Positions 61,120 through 64,000 of a DNA stretch of 64,000 bases are shown here, in pieces. Each line of letters opens with the position of its first letter. Position 1 is the first letter of the stretch. Location of the stretch: positions 20,240-84,239 of the forward strand of contig CAZRMM010000006.1 of assembly GCA_964601225.1 (NCBI GenBank), read 5' to 3'. The position numbers were made by a program, and so were the translations under genes. Source of the stretch: an uncultured Candidatus Peribacteria bacterium (GTDB lineage: Bacteria > Patescibacteriota > Gracilibacteria > Peribacterales > Peribacteraceae). The notes below the pieces were generated by a model, which had not been told where the DNA came from, made no database searches, and was given only the letters and a program-made list of their open reading frames with translations.

Positions 61120-61735
61120 GAGACACGGAATGATGTATATGAACTTTCGGCGCATTTTCGACAAAGCTGTCGCAAAATCGAAAAGCAATATGAAGTGTAT
61201 CTCTCTGAACTTTTCGCATCGAAAAAAGAATTTTCCTTCGTAAAAAAGGGTTGCGAGCCGCATGGCGCGCTCTCTCTGAGCTTTCGATCCGAAGGGGATG
61301 TGCCCGCGGATGCTCGCGATGAACTTTTCAGGAAGCCTGTCGACGCGCACTTTGGAGATCGGCCTCCGCGGGACGTCGCACGATACGAAAACCAAAATGG
61401 AGCGGATCTCCTTGAACTTTACTTTTCTGAATGCAACCGATCGATCCACAGATCGATCGATCAGCGGGAACATTCGGCTGAGTCATCCTAAAAATCGGCA
61501 GGGAGAAGGGCTCAACTGCCTCATGTTGTCCGGATGTTTTTTGGGGGAAAATATGGAGCGATTGTCTGCGAACTTTCCTCGTATTTCAGGGCTCTTCGAA
61601 TAGATGAGATGAAAATGACCGCGCAAAAGCAATGACCGGGCGGGGTCTCGCCCCGCGATTCCGAGAGAAAAGTCCGCAGACAACCGGGCACGCCCTCCTT
61701 GTATCGATTCTCCGTGAACTTTCTGCGGGAATCAG
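61120..61735 (+). repeat. six direct copies of a degenerate ~27-nt repeat with invariant GAACTTT core
   Basis: GAACTTT occurs at 61141, 61207, 61321, 61414, 61570 and 61716, all on the plus strand. Copies 2, 4, 5 and 6 share AAyATGrAGyG.ATyTCTC..GAACTTT. Spacing is irregular (66 to 156 nt). Confidence 0.75.
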
Positions 61736-62895
61736 CGCTTCGCAGTTTTGCGCGTGCGTCGGCGGCGCGGCCAGAACGGCACGAGGAGGGAGACCGGAAC
61801 CCCGCCTGGACGCAGGGCTCCCAAAGCACTGAGGGCCTCCGCAGGCGAAACGTAGGCGGGGATGGTTCCGTAGAAGGCCTCGACGCGGTACACCCATCCC
61901 AGACGCGCAACGATGCCGAGCTCGGCCATGGTCATGCCTCCCATCGTCACGCTGCCGACAGTCGACGAACCGGAAAGCACGCTCGCGGCCAGTGATTCAA
62001 AACGCCCGTTTTCCGACGGAGAAGGTGCGGGGGGAATATCGGGCGGCGTTCCCGGGAGTGGCGAAGATCCGCCGGACTCCGACGCATCCAAGGACGACGC
62101 GGAAGATGCAGATGCCGATTCGACACCCTCCATCGACGACGAGGACGAAGCCCGCGACGGCTCGGACGCAGCCGGATGCGTTACCGGGCGCGGTGACGGC
62201 GGGACGGGTGTGACGGAAGGCGCGGACGAGGGCGGCGATGCGGAAGAATACGCGGCGTCGTGCGTCGGCGCGGAAGACGACGGGGCCGCTGCGGAGGAAC
62301 CCGACGCTCCTTCGGAAGAACGGTGTGAGCCGCCAGAACCGGCGCCTGTTTCGCCGCTCCCCTCGCCCGACGTCGCGGACTCATCGCGCGTGCACGACGA
62401 GGTGTCGTATGTGCAATTGCTGCGGCAACCGAGGCTGCCCCCCGCGAAGCCGAGCGTCGTGCAACTCGCGGAACCGCGGTCGGATGCGTCGCACTGTTCG
62501 TCGCCCTCCTTGACCCCGTTCCCGCAGAGCGGCAGCACTCCTTCGGCAGCGGGAAAATCTGCATGAAAAACCGGAGACGTTCCCGTCAACACCGACCCAT
62601 CGAGCGAATCGCGATCGATATGAATGGATTGCGCGCTCGCGCCGGCGCTCGTTACGAGCGCAACGACGGAACACAGCACGGTCAACCGCAGCCGGCGACG
62701 GGTGTTTGGTGTGTATGTAATCGGATCATTGTACAGAAAAACACCCTTTTTCTCAATGCACTCCTCCGTAGGAAGGAATGGAAAAATGGAAAGTTTTTTA
62801 GACAAAAATGCACGAAGTAACACCCGAAGGAATTTGTCTGCTCTGGAGACGGGATCGGAAGCCGTTTTTTTGCTACAATGAAACGATGCACACAA
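61732..62895 (-). CDS. secreted protein: Cys-rich CGNG-type repeat, Ser/Ala/Pro-rich low-complexity region, C-terminal hydrophobic + Arg-rich tail
   Basis: CGNGVKEGDEQCDASDRGSASCTTLGFAGGSLGCRSNCTYDTSSC resembles the myxococcal-type cysteine-rich repeat. The tail is GGVPVSLLVPFWPRRRRTRKTAKR. The true start is probably downstream of the CTGTACAAT -10 element at 62736..62728 (a non-ATG start before TVLCSVVALVTSAGASAQS), so the 5' end is uncertain. Confidence 0.6.
   Translation of the reverse strand: MCASFHCSKKTASDPVSRADKFLRVLLRAFLSKKLSIFPFLPTEECIEKKGVFLYNDPITYTPNTRRRLRLTVLCSVVALVTSAGASAQSIHIDRDSLDGSVLTGTSPVFHADFPAAEGVLPLCGNGVKEGDEQCDASDRGSASCTTLGFAGGSLGCRSNCTYDTSSCTRDESATSGEGSGETGAGSGGSHRSSEGASGSSAAAPSSSAPTHDAAYSSASPPSSAPSVTPVPPSPRPVTHPAASEPSRASSSSSMEGVESASASSASSLDASESGGSSPLPGTPPDIPPAPSPSENGRFESLAASVLSGSSTVGSVTMGGMTMAELGIVARLGWVYRVEAFYGTIPAYVSPAEALSALGALRPGGVPVSLLVPFWPRRRRTRKTAKR
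62871..62879 (+). promoter_or_regulatory. extended -10 element TGCTACAAT, 6 nt from ATG 62886 (leaderless)
   Basis: The sequence reads tttttTTGCTACAATgaaacgATG. Confidence 0.6.
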
Positions 62896-63989
62896 AAATC
62901 AATCGCACGCTCTTCGCGGGGCTTCTCCTCGTGAGCCATCTTCCGATCGTCGGCGCCGTCGATGCGCCGGCAACACCCTTCGAAAGGAACCTCATCATTA
63001 CCGCGTACTATTCGCCGCTCGAGGGACAATGTTGCTACGTCAAAGGCTCACTGGAAGACGACAGGGTGCTCAACGGCCAAGGCGTGCGAGGCGCCGATGG
63101 CACCGCGGTATACCCGGGTATGGCGGCGGCGCCGAAGTCGTATGCATTCGGCACGAGGATCGAACTCCCGGGAATTGGAATCGTTACAGTGCACGATCGC
63201 GGCGGCGCAATCGTGGACGGAAAGGACACCGACCGGCTGGATCTTTGGATGGGAAGCGGCGAGGAAGGATTGGCGCGCGCCCTTGAATTCGGCGTGCAAC
63301 GCGTTCGGGCAACCATCTATCCGCCGACGGCGTCGCTCCCCGTCGAAAAATTTTCCCTGGACGATTTCGCATCGCCCGTAGAACGAGTGCAACCGTATCA
63401 ACTGGAGGACACGACACTTATGGATATTCGCGTGACGCTCGGCGATCACTCTGCGTCGGCCGCGATGCTCCAGGAAGCCCTCAAGAGCGCCGGTTTTGCC
63501 GTGACGGGCAAGAAAGCGACCTTTGACGAATCCACGCGCGCGTCTTTGCGATCATTCCTCGATGAAGCGGGCCTCTCCGAGCCAGATGACCGACTGACGC
63601 CAAGGGCCGCCGCGCATCTTCTCGCGGCGATGAATCACCGTCATGACCCGGACCGACTCAATTCCCCCATCCGCGAAGGAAGCCCCGCGGATGCCGTTGC
63701 CGAAGCAAAAACCGTTCTCTATACCATTGGACGCTATTCCGGACCGATTGACGGTCGTTACGACGACGAACTTCGCGATACCGTGAAACAATTGCAACTC
63801 TCCAGCGGAATCATCGACGGACCGGAAGACACCGGTGCCGGACAAATCGGACCAAAGACGCTTATCGTCCTCAATCGTCTCTGGAAAATACGCTCCGCAT
63901 CCATCGACGCCGAAGACGCCCTAGCGCTTCGCGCCTCGCCGTTCGGCACACAGGTGCATGAAGCACTGGTCGCCTACCGTTCTCACTAA
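62886..63989 (+). CDS. secreted 3D-domain (MltA/RlpA-like double-psi barrel) cell-wall protein with peptidoglycan-binding-like repeats
   Basis: It has a signal peptide. ITAYYSPLEGQ...NGQGVRGADGT...AAPKSYAFGTRIELPGIGIVTVHDRGGAI...DRLDLWMGSGEEG is the 3D-domain pattern. The later GPIDGRYDDELRDTVKQLQLSSGI...GQIGPKT is PG_binding_1-like. Confidence 0.75.
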   Translation: MHTKINRTLFAGLLLVSHLPIVGAVDAPATPFERNLIITAYYSPLEGQCCYVKGSLEDDRVLNGQGVRGADGTAVYPGMAAAPKSYAFGTRIELPGIGIVTVHDRGGAIVDGKDTDRLDLWMGSGEEGLARALEFGVQRVRATIYPPTASLPVEKFSLDDFASPVERVQPYQLEDTTLMDIRVTLGDHSASAAMLQEALKSAGFAVTGKKATFDESTRASLRSFLDEAGLSEPDDRLTPRAAAHLLAAMNHRHDPDRLNSPIREGSPADAVAEAKTVLYTIGRYSGPIDGRYDDELRDTVKQLQLSSGIIDGPEDTGAGQIGPKTLIVLNRLWKIRSASIDAEDALALRASPFGTQVHEALVAYRSH

Positions 63990-64000
63990 ATATTTTTCAG

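Noticed and set aside
61120-61735. GAACTTT repeats as a CRISPR array; ORFs 60931..61491 (+) and 61298..61603 (+) as genes
   Set aside because: Spacing is irregular (66-156 nt), the repeats are degenerate outside a 7-nt core, and no cas genes are present. The ORFs are products of the repeat phase, overlap the HTH gene or each other, and have odd composition. I keep them only as a possibility inside the finding.

Overview
This is a GC-rich bacterial chromosomal window that uses the standard genetic code. TGA, TAA and TAG all terminate clear genes. There are five ATGA start/stop overlaps and three convergent gene pairs whose stop codons abut with no spacer (11374..11379, 17833..17838, 26968..26973). 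I call about 62 protein genes, 3 tRNAs (Arg-GCG, Ala-GGC, Gln-CTG), one candidate ~430-nt structured non-coding transcript and several intrinsic terminators. A recurrent TGCTAYAAT-type -10 element often sits only 6-9 nt from the start codon, which implies leaderless mRNAs. Shine-Dalgarno sequences are mostly absent. Housekeeping genes recognised by eye are rny, a mutY-like gene, tuf, rpsJ, rnc, nusB, rpmF (tentative), folP, a PGM/PMM gene, an ansA-like gene, gmk, purE, udg, pheS, pyrE, rsmG, rlmE, an ftsE-like gene, purM and yhhQ. These are scattered singly between lineage-specific genes rather than sitting in canonical operons; for example, tuf-rpsJ is not followed by rplC. The accessory content is dominated by Sec-signal or membrane proteins: a 1031-aa nuclease with four lamin-tail-like domains and a staphylococcal-nuclease domain, coupled to a small GIY-YIG gene; three Cys-rich secreted proteins; two tandem polytopic paralogs built from VirB2/TrbC-like two-helix units; and three sensor proteins, two of which have no output domain. 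The region I rate most interesting is 51.7-61.0 kb. It holds an orphan Hcp (tail-tube fold) protein with a Sec signal peptide, an SLH-anchored protein, a serine-hydrolase (beta-lactamase fold) protein and three modular tail-fibre-like secreted paralogs. One of those paralogs has a frameshifted glycine-rich domain. The first fibre gene is tightly coupled to a transposase-derived HTH-only gene, and a 0.7-kb non-coding gap upstream carries six GAACTTT-core direct repeats. Other unexplained signals are a promoter/terminator-bounded hairpin-rich transcript at 28.1-28.5 kb, intergenic hairpins whose arms are tandem 7-, 8- or 9-mers, a dispersed palindromic element family, and a 129-bp tandem duplication that starts inside the 3' end of tRNA-Gln. 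The taxon cannot be fixed from this window. All family assignments come from motif recognition by eye; no database search, HMM scan or RNA folding was run.
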